Shown: positions 19,366 to 29,519 of the stretch, in pieces
Numbering within the stretch: the stretch's first letter is position 1
How the letters are laid out: every line of letters starts with the position of its first letter
Assembly: GCA_015520605.1 (NCBI GenBank)
Contig: WAPT01000004.1
Location: 1-46,359, forward strand
Reading direction: 5' to 3'
Length of the DNA stretch: 46,359 nt
Source: Nanobdellati archaeon
GTDB lineage: Archaea > EX4484-52 > WAPT01
Notes under the pieces: model-generated
Database searches by the model: none
Told to the model about the DNA's origin: nothing
The model's input: only the letters and a program-made list of their open reading frames with translations
Position numbers and translations under genes: made by a program

Positions 19366-21237
19366 TTATCCCACAAATTGAGGCCTCTTTGAAAGCTTCT
19401 CGGGAAGGTAGAGCAGTCTGAATGGCTTGCCTCTTGTTTTCTCCCGTATTTCTTCAATGAGCTCCTCAACACTCATATCGATCTGCTTGTTCTTTTCCCT
19501 TACCCTGATGGAGAGCCTGCCCGTTTCAACCTCTTTCTTTCCCACCACAACAATGTAAGGTACCCATTCTTTCTCAGCTTCCATGATCTTCTTGGCAAGC
19601 GTAATGTCCCTGTCGTCTATATCAACCCTTATATTCTCTTTCCTGATTTTTTCAAGAAGTTGAAGCGCATGATCCAAGTATTCATCGCTAACGGGACAGA
19701 TTCTTACCTGTGTTGGTGCAATCCATAGAGGGAAGCAAGGTTTCTCACCCCTCTCCTTCCTCATCCACTGCCTCTCGAGGATGGCGTACAGATTCCTGTC
19801 TATACTACCGCTTATGCTCGCATGCAGAATTAGCGGGTGCTTCTTGCTTCCATCTTTGTCCACATAGATTATATCAAAGCGTTCCGCATTCTCAATGTCT
19901 ATCTGCACGGTAGAGAGGGCTGATGCCTTTCCGAGACAGTCCACCACATTGAACTCGAACTTGAGGATAAAGTAGAAGGGCCTTTCCTCCCACATCTCTA
20001 TGAGCACAGGCTTGTTTAACATCTTCACGAGGCTCTTTATGAAATCTTTGTTTTCCTCGTAGAAATCTCTGACAAACCTTATCGCAACTTCATAATCCAG
20101 CTGCAGATCCTCCATCCATTTCATAGCGAGTTTCATCTGATTGACGAACTCCTGCTTAGCCTGCCCTACATCCGCAACAAGCGTGTGCATATCCGGCATG
20201 GTGAAGCATCTGAGCCTTCTCAACCCCACAAGCTCGCCTTTCTGCTCCCTCCTGAAACTGTAGTGGGTGAGCTCATAAAGTCTTACTGGCAGATGTTTGT
20301 AGGAAATTATCATGTCGTGCTTTATCAGATACTGTCCGAAACATGCGGCGAACCTCAGAAAATAACGATCGCTCCCGGAGTAGACCACGTATTGTCTTGC
20401 TGGAAACCTGTGAAGGTACTTGGACAGATTGGGGTGGTTGAAATCGTACATGATTGGGGTTTCAACTTTCATCGCACCGTATTCCAACAGTAAGTTTGTG
20501 ACATGGTCTTCCAAGAGGTTCTTGATAAGCTCGCCCTTCGGATACCATCTCAGATTGCCTGCATCGCTACCAGGTTCATAGTCAACAAGCTCCATCTCTC
20601 TCATAAGCTTAACGTGAGGCGGTACCTGATCGACGGCCCTGACCTTCGAGATTTCATAGTCTGCAAACTTCTTCAGCTCGGGATGCTCTGAGAAGTCGAA
20701 CTCTTCAACGGGGATGAGCTCGCCATCTGGCGTCATGATGTACCAGTAGGATTTGAGCTTCTCCTCGGCTTTAAGAGCCTCGCTTATCTCTTCCTCCCGC
20801 TCACTCTCTTTCTTCTCCCCCACCCCGATCGTTCTGCTCAGCTCAGCAAGAGGATGGCCCTTGCACCTCACCTCAAATGCCTTGTACCAACCAAAAGGTG
20901 CTCTTACAACTTCCTCAAATTTATCCTTCAATTTCCCCTCGGCTATCTTCAGAATTCTCAGAGCATCTCCCGGTTGAGCCGGATCGTTGGTGAGATGTAC
21001 CCAGGGGTAGATTACAACCCTCCTGGCATCAACCTGCTTTGCGACCTTTTCAATCTCATCCACAAGCATGCTTGCAGCTTCTTCAGGATCCGCTTCGTCG
21101 CCCTTCTCAACGGAAACGAAGGCAACGAGCGCTTCTTCCACTCTTATTTTCTCCAGCTTTACCTCTTCAGCCCCTTTTATTGCCTTCTTCTTGGGCTCGA
21201 ACTCTATGTGATCGGAGTGAAGCAGGAGCACGCGCAT
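19366..21237 (-). CDS. thrS: Threonyl-tRNA synthetase, archaeal type with N-terminal editing domain
   Basis: [55 protein letters not shown]. Confidence 0.98.
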   Translation of the reverse strand: MRVLLLHSDHIEFEPKKKAIKGAEEVKLEKIRVEEALVAFVSVEKGDEADPEEAASMLVDEIEKVAKQVDARRVVIYPWVHLTNDPAQPGDALRILKIAEGKLKDKFEEVVRAPFGWYKAFEVRCKGHPLAELSRTIGVGEKKESEREEEISEALKAEEKLKSYWYIMTPDGELIPVEEFDFSEHPELKKFADYEISKVRAVDQVPPHVKLMREMELVDYEPGSDAGNLRWYPKGELIKNLLEDHVTNLLLEYGAMKVETPIMYDFNHPNLSKYLHRFPARQYVVYSGSDRYFLRFAACFGQYLIKHDMIISYKHLPVRLYELTHYSFRREQKGELVGLRRLRCFTMPDMHTLVADVGQAKQEFVNQMKLAMKWMEDLQLDYEVAIRFVRDFYEENKDFIKSLVKMLNKPVLIEMWEERPFYFILKFEFNVVDCLGKASALSTVQIDIENAERFDIIYVDKDGSKKHPLILHASISGSIDRNLYAILERQWMRKERGEKPCFPLWIAPTQVRICPVSDEYLDHALQLLEKIRKENIRVDIDDRDITLAKKIMEAEKEWVPYIVVVGKKEVETGRLSIRVREKNKQIDMSVEELIEEIREKTRGKPFRLLYLPEKLSKRPQFVG

Positions 21238-21345
21238 GAGACATCACATGGAAAAGGTAGCGAGAAAAATATTTAAAAACTTCATGGGATTTTATTTTTG
21301 GTATTGCTTGCAATTGAACAGAGCTTTTCTGATTTCATTCTCGGC

Positions 21346-21421
21346 AGCCCCGTGGTGTAGCGGCCAAGCATGGGGGGCTCTGGACCCCCAGACCCAGGTT
21401 CGAATCCTGGCGGGGCTACCA
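21346..21421 (+). tRNA. tRNA-Gln(CUG)
   Basis: AGCCCCG/CGGGGCT+ACCA, anticodon arm GGGGG-CTCTGGA-CCCCC, A1-U72. Confidence 0.97.
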
Positions 21422-21615
21422 AAACCCTTAGGCTAGGCACAGGATCCAACCTTTCCTTCTAACGTTCCCTCAAGCATCTTAACTTTTAGCGAGTTCCTTT
21501 ACGAGCTCGGCAAGAAAAAAGCTCGCTTTTATCCTGATCCGCATTGCCAGAGTACACGATTTAGGTGGAGTAGTCATAACCAATCACAGTGATAATCAAA
21601 ATCAAAGCGCTCATC

Positions 21616-22470
21616 TTACCCTTTCTTTTTCTTTTTCGGAAAAATCCTCGCAAAATAACCGCTGCCAACCACTTCATACTTTGTGTGCGGCATCACCAAG
21701 CAGCTCTCATACTCTCCAAGGATGAGAGCATGTTCTGTCTCGGCGTCAACAACTTTAAGAGCGCTGTCAGTAGAAACAAGCACATTAAAAACATCATCGG
21801 TAAAAGCGAGACCTTTTCCCTGCTCAACCGTCAGCATCTCCACACCAAACTCCTCCATCTCCAACCTCATTCTTGTCTTCCTGACCTCCAGCTTCCTTAT
21901 GCATTTCCTTCCTTTTTCCGCGTGCGTTTCCCTTCCGTAAGGATCGTAAAGCCTGTAGGTTAGGTCTGAAGGTGTTGAGACCTCCAGCAGGAATATGTTC
22001 TCGGCTGTGTGGACGAGTCCAGGAGGTATTGGAAATGCGTCGAAAATATCAGCCTCGATCTTATTGAGGCTGGAAGGGGAGAAATCAACGTCATCATCTT
22101 TCAGTCCAAGATAAACCGTCCCACGACTGAGAGCAAGCCAGCCTTCCGCCTTGCCCCTGTCTTTCTCTCCGAGGAGCTTGGCATCATCATCTGATGGATG
22201 AACCTGAACGCTGAGCATCCTCCCGACATCGAGCACCTTTACCATGATGGGGAACTCCTCAAAGCCCTCGAGGATCTCGTCCCCCCTTTCTTTCAGAAGC
22301 TCCGTGAGGAGCTTTTCCCTTCCGCCCATAAGAACCCTGCTGATACCTTTCGGGTGAGCAGAGACTTCCCAGGATTCTCCGGCTTTCTTAACCCCCCTGT
22401 ACTTTTCGAGCCTCTCTCCGGCCCAATCCTTAACTTTTATGACGGGAATGTTCTTCAAAATTCTCTCCAT
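21616..22470 (-). CDS. manA: Mannose-6-phosphate isomerase, class I (cupin)
   Basis: GESWEVSAHP, LSVQVHP, KAEGW, IPPGLVHT, LEVSTPSDLTYRLYD. Confidence 0.88.
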   Translation of the reverse strand: MERILKNIPVIKVKDWAGERLEKYRGVKKAGESWEVSAHPKGISRVLMGGREKLLTELLKERGDEILEGFEEFPIMVKVLDVGRMLSVQVHPSDDDAKLLGEKDRGKAEGWLALSRGTVYLGLKDDDVDFSPSSLNKIEADIFDAFPIPPGLVHTAENIFLLEVSTPSDLTYRLYDPYGRETHAEKGRKCIRKLEVRKTRMRLEMEEFGVEMLTVEQGKGLAFTDDVFNVLVSTDSALKVVDAETEHALILGEYESCLVMPHTKYEVVGSGYFARIFPKKKKKG

Positions 22471-22599
22471 AAACAAATCGTTTGGTTGTGTAGATTTTTA
22501 CCGCTTTCGGTCTGGAGAGTTGAGCGGGAGGAATGGCAAGAAAATAGCAAGAAAAAGCTTCGAGAATCCCCGAAAACAAAATGAGAAAAAGGCATACCT

Positions 22600-23310
22600 C
22601 TAAACATAGAGCCTCACACGCACATTCGTGAGAATTTTTTCGCACTCCTCTTTCAGTTTAATGAGCAATTCCCTGTCAGCGGGTTTGGTTAGTTTATCAG
22701 CAACCGCGCACATCTCTGGAGGTACGAACTGCTGCAGAACATAACTTGATTGGGGCGGTAAAGATCGTGCTATCTCAATAATGTCCGCGGGTGTTAGCAG
22801 TTCCTCAACCACCGTCGTCCTGAATTCGTGAGCCACACCGTAGCTTGTTACGATTTCCACACTTTTTCTTATTTTTTCCATGAATTCCTCGTCTACCCTG
22901 TGACCGCACACTCCGGAGTACTTTTCGGGAGTGAGCGGAGCCTTAACGTCCATCGCCACGAAATCCACGAGTCCCTTGCTCAAAAGGAGTTCCAGCATCT
23001 CCGGATTTGTGCCGTTGGTGTCTATTTTCACCGCGTACCCGATTCTTTTCAGTTCCTGTGCAAAAAGCAACAGTCCTTTCTGGATCGTGGGCTCACCGCC
23101 GGAAATCACCACCCCGTCCAGAAACGCTCTCGCACCTTCTAAGTATTCCAGGATATCCTGAACATTCAGGTTTCCCCTTTTAAGAGGGATCAAATGCCGG
23201 TTATGGCAGTAAACGCAATTGAGGTTACATCCTTGGAGGAACACCGCTGATGCTATCTTCCCGGGAAAGTCGATGAGTGTGAGTTTCTGAAATCCTCCTA
23301 TCTCTATCAT
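22600..23310 (-). CDS. nrdG: Anaerobic ribonucleotide reductase activating radical-SAM enzyme
   Basis: GCNLNCVYCHN, SGGEPT, DTNGT, MDVKAP; overlaps the nrdD stop. Confidence 0.93.
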   Translation of the reverse strand: MIEIGGFQKLTLIDFPGKIASAVFLQGCNLNCVYCHNRHLIPLKRGNLNVQDILEYLEGARAFLDGVVISGGEPTIQKGLLLFAQELKRIGYAVKIDTNGTNPEMLELLLSKGLVDFVAMDVKAPLTPEKYSGVCGHRVDEEFMEKIRKSVEIVTSYGVAHEFRTTVVEELLTPADIIEIARSLPPQSSYVLQQFVPPEMCAVADKLTKPADRELLIKLKEECEKILTNVRVRLYV

Positions 23311-25439
23311 ACGCTCACAACCTTAAGAGAGCTATCAAATGCGGCTCTGTCCTCAAACTCTGCTCTCTTTCCGTCATTCCACTGCTCTACAGGCCTTATA
23401 TATCCGACCACTCTGGAGTAAACCTCGCAACTCGTTTTCTTACCCTCGGCAGCACACTTGGGACATACATAATGTTTGCCTTTCAGATAGCCGTGTACTG
23501 GACAGATGCTGAATGTGGGTGTGATCGTTATATAGGGTATTCTGAAATTCATGAACACCTTTTTAACGATGGTTTTAACAGCGTCCTTCGGTGGATTGCT
23601 CTCTCCGAGGAATATGTGGAACACGGTTCCGCCTGTGTACTTACACTGGAGATTCTCCTGCAACTTCAGGCACAGGAAGAGATCTTCAGAATAGTTCACG
23701 GGAAGCTGGCTTGAGTTGGTGTAATACGGCTCGGCTTTTTTCTCTCTCACCACCTCCTCGTTTGCCACTATGATATCGGGATACTTTTTCTTATCCAGTT
23801 TCGCAAGCCTGTATGATGTACCCTCTCCCGGAGTAGCCTCAAGGTTGTAGAAGTTCCCCGTCTCCTCCTGAAATTTAAGTATCCTCTCCCTTATGAAGTC
23901 CAGAACTTTCTCGGCAAATTCCACACCTTCTTTAGTTCCTATATCTGTGCCGAGAAAGTTCAGGCAGCACTCATTCATTCCTATTATACCTATCGTGGAG
24001 AAGTGATTTTTCCAGTATTCTCCAAACCTCGCATGCACATTCCTGAGGTAGTACTTGGAATAAGGATAAAGACCACGCTCGGTGAGCCTTTCGATCAGTT
24101 TTCTCTTTATTTCCAGAGAGTTTTTTGCCAGTTCCAGAAGATAGGAGAGCCTCTCTAAAAACTCATCATCATCTCTGGAAATATAGCCCAACCTCGGCAT
24201 GTTTATCGTAACGACACCTATCGACCCTGTGAGGGGGTTCGCACCGAAAAGTCCGCCTCCCCTCTTTTTGAGATCTCTGGTGTCCAGCCTTAACCTGCAG
24301 CACATGCTTCTGATATCCTCGGGCTTCATGTCCGAGTTTATAAAATTGGCAAAATACGGTATGCCGTATCTTGCGGTCATCTCCCACACAGGGTCAAGAA
24401 CCTCGCTCTCCCAATCAAAGTTATCGGTTATGTTGTATGTAGGAATGGGAAATGTAAACGGTCTGCCCTTGGCATCACCTTCCATCATAACCTCGGCAAA
24501 GGCTCTGTTGAACATATTCATCTCTTCCTGGAAATCCCCGTAGCACTTGTCTTGGGGCTTGCCTCCTATTATCACAGGCTGATCTTTCAGGAATTCCGGA
24601 ACCCTGAGATCAAGTGTAATGTTGGTGAAAGGCGTCTGGAAGCCCACCCTTGTTGGTATGTTTATGTTGAATACAAATTCCTGCAATGCCTGCTTCACGG
24701 CCTTCTCGTCCAGTCCGTCATAATATATAAACGGCGCAAGCAACGTGTCGAAATTTGAAAGTGCCTGTGCTCCAGCAGCTTCCCCCTGAAGCGTGTAGAA
24801 GAAGTTTACGATCTGTCCGAGCGCGGATCTGAAGTGTTTTGCGGGTTTGCTCTCTACCTTTCCTCTCACACCTTTAAATCCGCTCAGGAGGAGATCCTGA
24901 AGATCCCACCCCACGCAATAAGGGCCAAGGAAGCCGAGATCGTGTATGTGGAAATCTCCATCAATATGAGCGTTCCTTATTTCCATCGGGTAAACTTTGG
25001 TCAGCCAGTACTGAGAGACAACTATGGAGGATATGTGGAAGTTGAGACCCTGAAGGGAATAGGTCATATTCGAGTTTTCCTTGACGCGCCAGTCGCTCTG
25101 ATTTATGTAATTCTCAACGATCTCGATGTTGGTAAAAAGGTCCGTAAACTTCCTTAATTCTTCATGCTGTTTGCGGTACAGTATGTACGCCTTTGCGGTT
25201 CTATAATGACCATTTTCAACAAGGATCTTTTCCACGGCATCCTGCACCTGCTCAACAGTAGGTATCTCAGTATCGAGATTCTTTTCGAGGTATTCCACGA
25301 CTTTGTCAGCGAGCTTCTCAGCAAGCTTGTAATCACTACCTCCAACAGCCCTGGCGGCTTTAAATATTGCGTTCGCAATTTTGCTCTTGTCGAAATCCAC
25401 AATCCTGCCATCTCTTTTTCTTATTTTTGTTATCTTCAT
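23307..25439 (-). CDS. nrdD: Class III anaerobic ribonucleoside-triphosphate reductase with ATP-cone
   Basis: IRKRDGRIVDFD ATP-cone, HIHDL, RSMCCRL, EATPGEG, YTGGTVFH, glycyl-radical motif YSRVVGYIRP. Confidence 0.97.
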   Translation of the reverse strand: MKITKIRKRDGRIVDFDKSKIANAIFKAARAVGGSDYKLAEKLADKVVEYLEKNLDTEIPTVEQVQDAVEKILVENGHYRTAKAYILYRKQHEELRKFTDLFTNIEIVENYINQSDWRVKENSNMTYSLQGLNFHISSIVVSQYWLTKVYPMEIRNAHIDGDFHIHDLGFLGPYCVGWDLQDLLLSGFKGVRGKVESKPAKHFRSALGQIVNFFYTLQGEAAGAQALSNFDTLLAPFIYYDGLDEKAVKQALQEFVFNINIPTRVGFQTPFTNITLDLRVPEFLKDQPVIIGGKPQDKCYGDFQEEMNMFNRAFAEVMMEGDAKGRPFTFPIPTYNITDNFDWESEVLDPVWEMTARYGIPYFANFINSDMKPEDIRSMCCRLRLDTRDLKKRGGGLFGANPLTGSIGVVTINMPRLGYISRDDDEFLERLSYLLELAKNSLEIKRKLIERLTERGLYPYSKYYLRNVHARFGEYWKNHFSTIGIIGMNECCLNFLGTDIGTKEGVEFAEKVLDFIRERILKFQEETGNFYNLEATPGEGTSYRLAKLDKKKYPDIIVANEEVVREKKAEPYYTNSSQLPVNYSEDLFLCLKLQENLQCKYTGGTVFHIFLGESNPPKDAVKTIVKKVFMNFRIPYITITPTFSICPVHGYLKGKHYVCPKCAAEGKKTSCEVYSRVVGYIRPVEQWNDGKRAEFEDRAAFDSSLKVVSV

Positions 25440-25462
25440 ACCAACACCTCCTCACTTCCCTC

Positions 25463-25483
25463 TATTGGATACCGTATCCAATA
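25463..25483. promoter_or_regulatory. Perfect palindrome TATTGGATAC-C-GTATCCAATA, candidate operator of nrdDG
   Basis: 10-bp arms with a 1-nt spacer, between the minus-strand TATA (about 25498-25504) and the nrdD SD/start. Confidence 0.65.
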
Positions 25484-25524
25484 AAGGATGTGTAAAGATA
25501 TAAAGATAACGAAAGCTTATAAAT

Positions 25525-26169
25525 TTGGTGGAGGGACACAGCTCGCATAACCAAACCAAAATAAGCAAAATAAGGACCCAGAAGAAGTTCGATGCTCTTG
25601 ATATTCTACGGGTCTTTCTGCTAATCGGAGAGAAGGAAGTTGTGGATCGCGGGAGTCTCGCTGCTCTCGCGGAACTTGGAGAGGGGAGTGTGAGGACGAT
25701 TTTAGAACACCTCGTGAGCAAGGGGTTGGTTGTTAAAAGAAAGCGTGGAAATTCCCTAACTCCCGAGGGAAAGGTGCTGTTTCAAAAAATTACAGCAATT
25801 CTTACCATTCCGAAGAGGGTGCGATTTGATGTGTTCAAGGATGGTTTCGTTCCTTACGGTAGTGTTCTCGAGAATTACGTTAAGGAGAGAGCAAGGACGC
25901 TGTACAAAGCGAGGGACCACGCTATAAGGATGGGTTGCGAGTCAGCCATGATTCTGATCTGCACGCACAAGCACATTAAAGTGCCGTATGTCAGAAAGTG
26001 GAACTTTGACGAGCTCAGAGAGGAGTTTAATGTGAAAAAGGGCGATTTAATCATTCTGACCTCGGCACAAACACGAAGAACAAGCGAGAAAGGAATACTG
26101 GCGGTGGCCCGTTTTCTTTCAGACGAGTTTTCAGCGATTTTCGGTATGATCGTTGATGAAGAAAATTGA
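25525..26169 (+). CDS. wHTH protein with DUF4443-like C-terminal domain (start uncertain)
   Basis: RGSLAALAELGEGSVRTILEHL..GLV..GNSLTPEG wHTH; ARDHAIRMG motif. Confidence 0.7.
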   Translation: MVEGHSSHNQTKISKIRTQKKFDALDILRVFLLIGEKEVVDRGSLAALAELGEGSVRTILEHLVSKGLVVKRKRGNSLTPEGKVLFQKITAILTIPKRVRFDVFKDGFVPYGSVLENYVKERARTLYKARDHAIRMGCESAMILICTHKHIKVPYVRKWNFDELREEFNVKKGDLIILTSAQTRRTSEKGILAVARFLSDEFSAIFGMIVDEEN

Positions 26170-26279
26170 TGTGCGGTTTTTGAGGTTCACTCAGATGTAT
26201 GACCTTTTCACCTTTTCATTAGGACCTTAACTTCTCCTCATGAAAAACTTTTTATCGTTTTGGTTCCCAATATCCGGGT

Positions 26280-26939
26280 ATGAAGGGGCTTGAAATCGAA
26301 GATGTAAAAATAGAGTGGCTCGGTCACGCTTCTTTCAGGGTAACGGGTAAGGATGTTATTATTTATCTTGATCCTTACATTCTGGATGATAATCCACCAA
26401 AAGCAGATATCGTGCTCGTCAGCCACGATCACTTTGACCACAAGGACGATGAAAACATAAGGAAGATAAGCAAGGAAGACACAGTGGTGGTGGGACCCGA
26501 AAGTGTAACGAAGGAGTATGAAAACAGCGTTACTGTGAAGCCCGGTGATGAGGTAGAAGTTAAAGGCGTCAGAATAAAAGCTGTGCCTGCTTACAACCCT
26601 GAAAAGCCGTTTCACCCGAAGGAAAAGGGCTATGTGGGTTTCATCTTTCAGGTTGGCAGCGTGAAAATATATCACCTCGGAGACACAGAATTCATTCCCG
26701 AAATGGAAAGTCTGGCAAGCGAGAACATCGATGTTGCTTTGCTACCAATTGGCGGTACATACGTTATGGATGAGGAGCAGGCAGCAAAGGCAGCAAACTT
26801 AATAAGGCCAAAATATGTTGTCCCAATGCACTACGGTAAATGGAGAGACATAGACCTGCCGGGGGATGTGAACAAGCTGAGATCAATGCTGGATCAAGAT
26901 ATCCAGTTAGTGGAACTGGAGCCGGTGAGAAAAGAGTAA
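26280..26939 (+). CDS. MBL-fold metallo-hydrolase (UPF0173-like)
   Basis: WLGHASF, SHDHFDH, YHLGDT, LPIGG.YVM, VPMHYG. Confidence 0.92.
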   Translation: MKGLEIEDVKIEWLGHASFRVTGKDVIIYLDPYILDDNPPKADIVLVSHDHFDHKDDENIRKISKEDTVVVGPESVTKEYENSVTVKPGDEVEVKGVRIKAVPAYNPEKPFHPKEKGYVGFIFQVGSVKIYHLGDTEFIPEMESLASENIDVALLPIGGTYVMDEEQAAKAANLIRPKYVVPMHYGKWRDIDLPGDVNKLRSMLDQDIQLVELEPVRKE

Positions 26940-27006
26940 CATATGCTTCATTTGTCCTTTTTTCTTAACTTGCTCACTCAGCAGGATCTAACTCGTTAAT
27001 AACTCG

Positions 27007-27615
27007 TTAAGCCTGATGATATTTGCTTAGCGCTCTCTCCAGTCTGTCCAGAAAGTTGAGGACCATCTTCATCTTTTCTTTTATCATTTTTATCATTTTC
27101 TTTCCAGTTTCTGTTTGTAGCATGTTTTCGGCTATTTCCATCTTCTTTTTGTACCATTCTATTGTTTTCTCGATGCTCATACCTCTTTGCCCCGCGCTCA
27201 TAAACACCCTAGCTATGCCTATGGCGCCAACACCCTCCAGCTTGTCAGCATCGAAAAGAATTCTCGCCTCATTTTCCGTTATCTCTACCGGAGTTTCAGT
27301 CGAGTGCTGTCGTATGACTTTAAGAATCTCCTCCACCTTCTCTTTCGGGAATTTGAGCTCGTTCATGATTTTCTCAGCTTTCCTTGCTGAAAGCTCAACA
27401 TGTTCTTTTTTTCTATCGTATGGCGAGTCAACATCGTGGAGCAGGCATGCAGAAATGAGAACGAAGTAATCCACATCAATAGCCTCTCTTTTTGCTATTT
27501 CCAGTGCGTTCTTTGTAACACGAAGTAAATGATCCAGTTTATGTGCAGCGGACTGCTTCTCAGCTTTGCTGAGAGTCTCCCTTACCCTTTCCTCAAGCAT
27601 GAGAACAAGCTCCAC
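27007..27615 (-). CDS. HD-domain phosphohydrolase
   Basis: AHKLDHLLRV, LLHDV, HS, FDADKLEGVGAIGIAR. Confidence 0.9.
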   Translation of the reverse strand: MELVLMLEERVRETLSKAEKQSAAHKLDHLLRVTKNALEIAKREAIDVDYFVLISACLLHDVDSPYDRKKEHVELSARKAEKIMNELKFPKEKVEEILKVIRQHSTETPVEITENEARILFDADKLEGVGAIGIARVFMSAGQRGMSIEKTIEWYKKKMEIAENMLQTETGKKMIKMIKEKMKMVLNFLDRLERALSKYHQA

Positions 27616-27664
27616 TTATTCCGGCTTGAGCTCAACGTTCCTTAGAAGGTTCTTAACCCGGCCA

Positions 27665-27892
27665 TTACACATACTTGCTCGCACCCACAGCCACACCGAT
27701 CCAGCAAAGTCCCGCTACAAGAAACATCACAAAAGCGATTATTAATGCTCCGTAATATCCGGCCTTTGTGGTGCCCACAGTCCATTCCAAATGTCCTGCT
27801 ATCCAGCTTCCCGCGAGCATGAGCAAAGCTCCGAGCACCCAGAACAGTATATATCTGCCCTCTCTGATCCGTCCGACATCCCCGAACTGCAT
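27665..27892 (-). CDS. Small two-TM membrane protein
   Basis: 75-aa ORF with two long hydrophobic helices. Confidence 0.7.
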   Translation of the reverse strand: MQFGDVGRIREGRYILFWVLGALLMLAGSWIAGHLEWTVGTTKAGYYGALIIAFVMFLVAGLCWIGVAVGASKYV

Positions 27893-27928
27893 AGCGTTTT
27901 ATTAAGTTTAATCTCTTAATAAAGTTTT

Positions 27929-28855
27929 TTACAGGATCAGCGCCACAAAAAACCCCACAAGGAGAGACAAAAGGGGTACAAGCACAACATTTCTGACAAA
28001 GTTGTGAACGATCTTTCTCTCCAGAAGTTTGATGTTTTTGACGTAGCTCATCCCGAGCAGTGACGCGAAGATGGCGTGATTTATACTGACGGGCATGCCC
28101 AGAGATGAGAAAAGCAACACGGACAGAGCGGCACTAGTTTGCGCAATCATCACCATGCTCACATCCAGATTCTCAAGCAGTTTTGGTGGTATCGTGTAGA
28201 GTAGCCAGTATCTCGCAATAACACCGAAAATCACAAAGATCGCTGTCACCTCCAAAAGCACGGTTTTGCTGCTCACAAATTCGGACAGGGGAGCAAGTGA
28301 TGTAGCCACTGTACTTGAACCGTAAGCGGTTGCGAGAAGAGTGAGCGAGAGGACCATCATCAGTCTCAAAATGGACTCTCTTTTTACAGGAGGAATGGTG
28401 TTCAGGAAGTTGCGCACCGGCTGCGCTACAGCAAAGGAAAGGAGAACTGCTGCAATCATGCTCATGACCCATGAAAGCATAACCTCTGCCAACCTATCGA
28501 GGTACAAATTCACACTCTCACCCAGCGCTATTCCCGCTATGCACATCACCATGATCTGCTGAACCGAGGACGGCACATCCCTCAGACTGAGCAGGAACAT
28601 AATGAAAAATGTGAGCATGCTTGCAAGAATGAAGGAATGAATGTTCATCTGAGCTATGCCGCCGGAGACTGTGGTAACAACCTTCCTCCCGAAAAAATAG
28701 AAGCCTGCAAGCACAAAACTCACGAGAAGAATTGTTGAATTCTTCCTGTCGAGAACCTCAGATCTGACAGGCATAATGATGAGGAGCGGGACATTGATGG
28801 TACATACAGTTGCGAGTGGCAGAAGCAGTGCCATTAGTTCAAAGTTTGTATGCAA
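27929..28855 (-). CDS. Divergent PiT-family (phosphate/sulfate) transporter
   Basis: Multi-TM; G.KVVTTVSGGI, GMPVSINHAIFASLLG; directly downstream of a DUF47 gene; signature motifs degenerate. Confidence 0.7.
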   Translation of the reverse strand: MHTNFELMALLLPLATVCTINVPLLIIMPVRSEVLDRKNSTILLVSFVLAGFYFFGRKVVTTVSGGIAQMNIHSFILASMLTFFIMFLLSLRDVPSSVQQIMVMCIAGIALGESVNLYLDRLAEVMLSWVMSMIAAVLLSFAVAQPVRNFLNTIPPVKRESILRLMMVLSLTLLATAYGSSTVATSLAPLSEFVSSKTVLLEVTAIFVIFGVIARYWLLYTIPPKLLENLDVSMVMIAQTSAALSVLLFSSLGMPVSINHAIFASLLGMSYVKNIKLLERKIVHNFVRNVVLVPLLSLLVGFFVALIL

Positions 28856-28868
28856 CGCTTACCACCTC

Positions 28869-29519
28869 TCAAATCTTCATGGAAGCTGCTATCACGCCCA
28901 GCATGTCCGCGGCGTCCTGCAGATTGTCGCTTATTTCTTCAGCGGTATCTATCAGATCTTCCGTGCACTTCTCTCTCCAAAAGAGATTATCCTCGCTTTT
29001 CACGAGATTTTTGAAAACTTCGTGCTTGATGTCATCTATTCTGGATTCGAGCTCATTGATCCTTGCGATTTTTTCCTGCATTCTCGTCTCATCCCCCTTG
29101 AAAAAGCTGAGCAGCGCATCACAGAAACAATCGCATGCTTCTTTGGTTATATCCAGAATTTCCAGAATGTGGTTCCTTATTCCATCGTCCACGCGCTGCG
29201 TTGCCTCATAAATTTTCGCGCAGTCCTCAATCCTATCTATCACATTGTCCATTCTTTCCGCTAGGGTAAAGAAGAGATGCCTCGATTGCGGGAGAAATGC
29301 CCCCTGAAACAGCAGCCTTTCAACATTCCTCCTTACTTCGTCTCCATGCATTTCGTTCTTGGAGATTTTTCTCACGAGACTTCTATCGTCTTCCTTAACC
29401 ATCTTTATGAGAAGGACGCATGTGCTCGTGCCCAGATTGGCAAGCTCAACAAGTTCGCTGAGCACCTCATTCTCCAGGGAACTTCTGATCGAGCTGAAGA
29501 TTCTGGACAGCAACCTCAT
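28869..29519 (-). CDS. DUF47/PhoU-like phosphate transport regulator
   Basis: EMHGDEVRR..LFQGAFLP..R, DNVIDRIEDCA, ESRIDDI, ISDNLQDAAD. Confidence 0.88.
   Translation of the reverse strand: MRLLSRIFSSIRSSLENEVLSELVELANLGTSTCVLLIKMVKEDDRSLVRKISKNEMHGDEVRRNVERLLFQGAFLPQSRHLFFTLAERMDNVIDRIEDCAKIYEATQRVDDGIRNHILEILDITKEACDCFCDALLSFFKGDETRMQEKIARINELESRIDDIKHEVFKNLVKSEDNLFWREKCTEDLIDTAEEISDNLQDAADMLGVIAASMKI

Noticed and set aside
26989-27097. 11-bp tandem repeat TAACTCGTTAA x2 (26989-27010) and a 9-bp in-frame tandem repeat in the HD gene
   Set aside because: Consistent with simple replication slippage; no functional signal.
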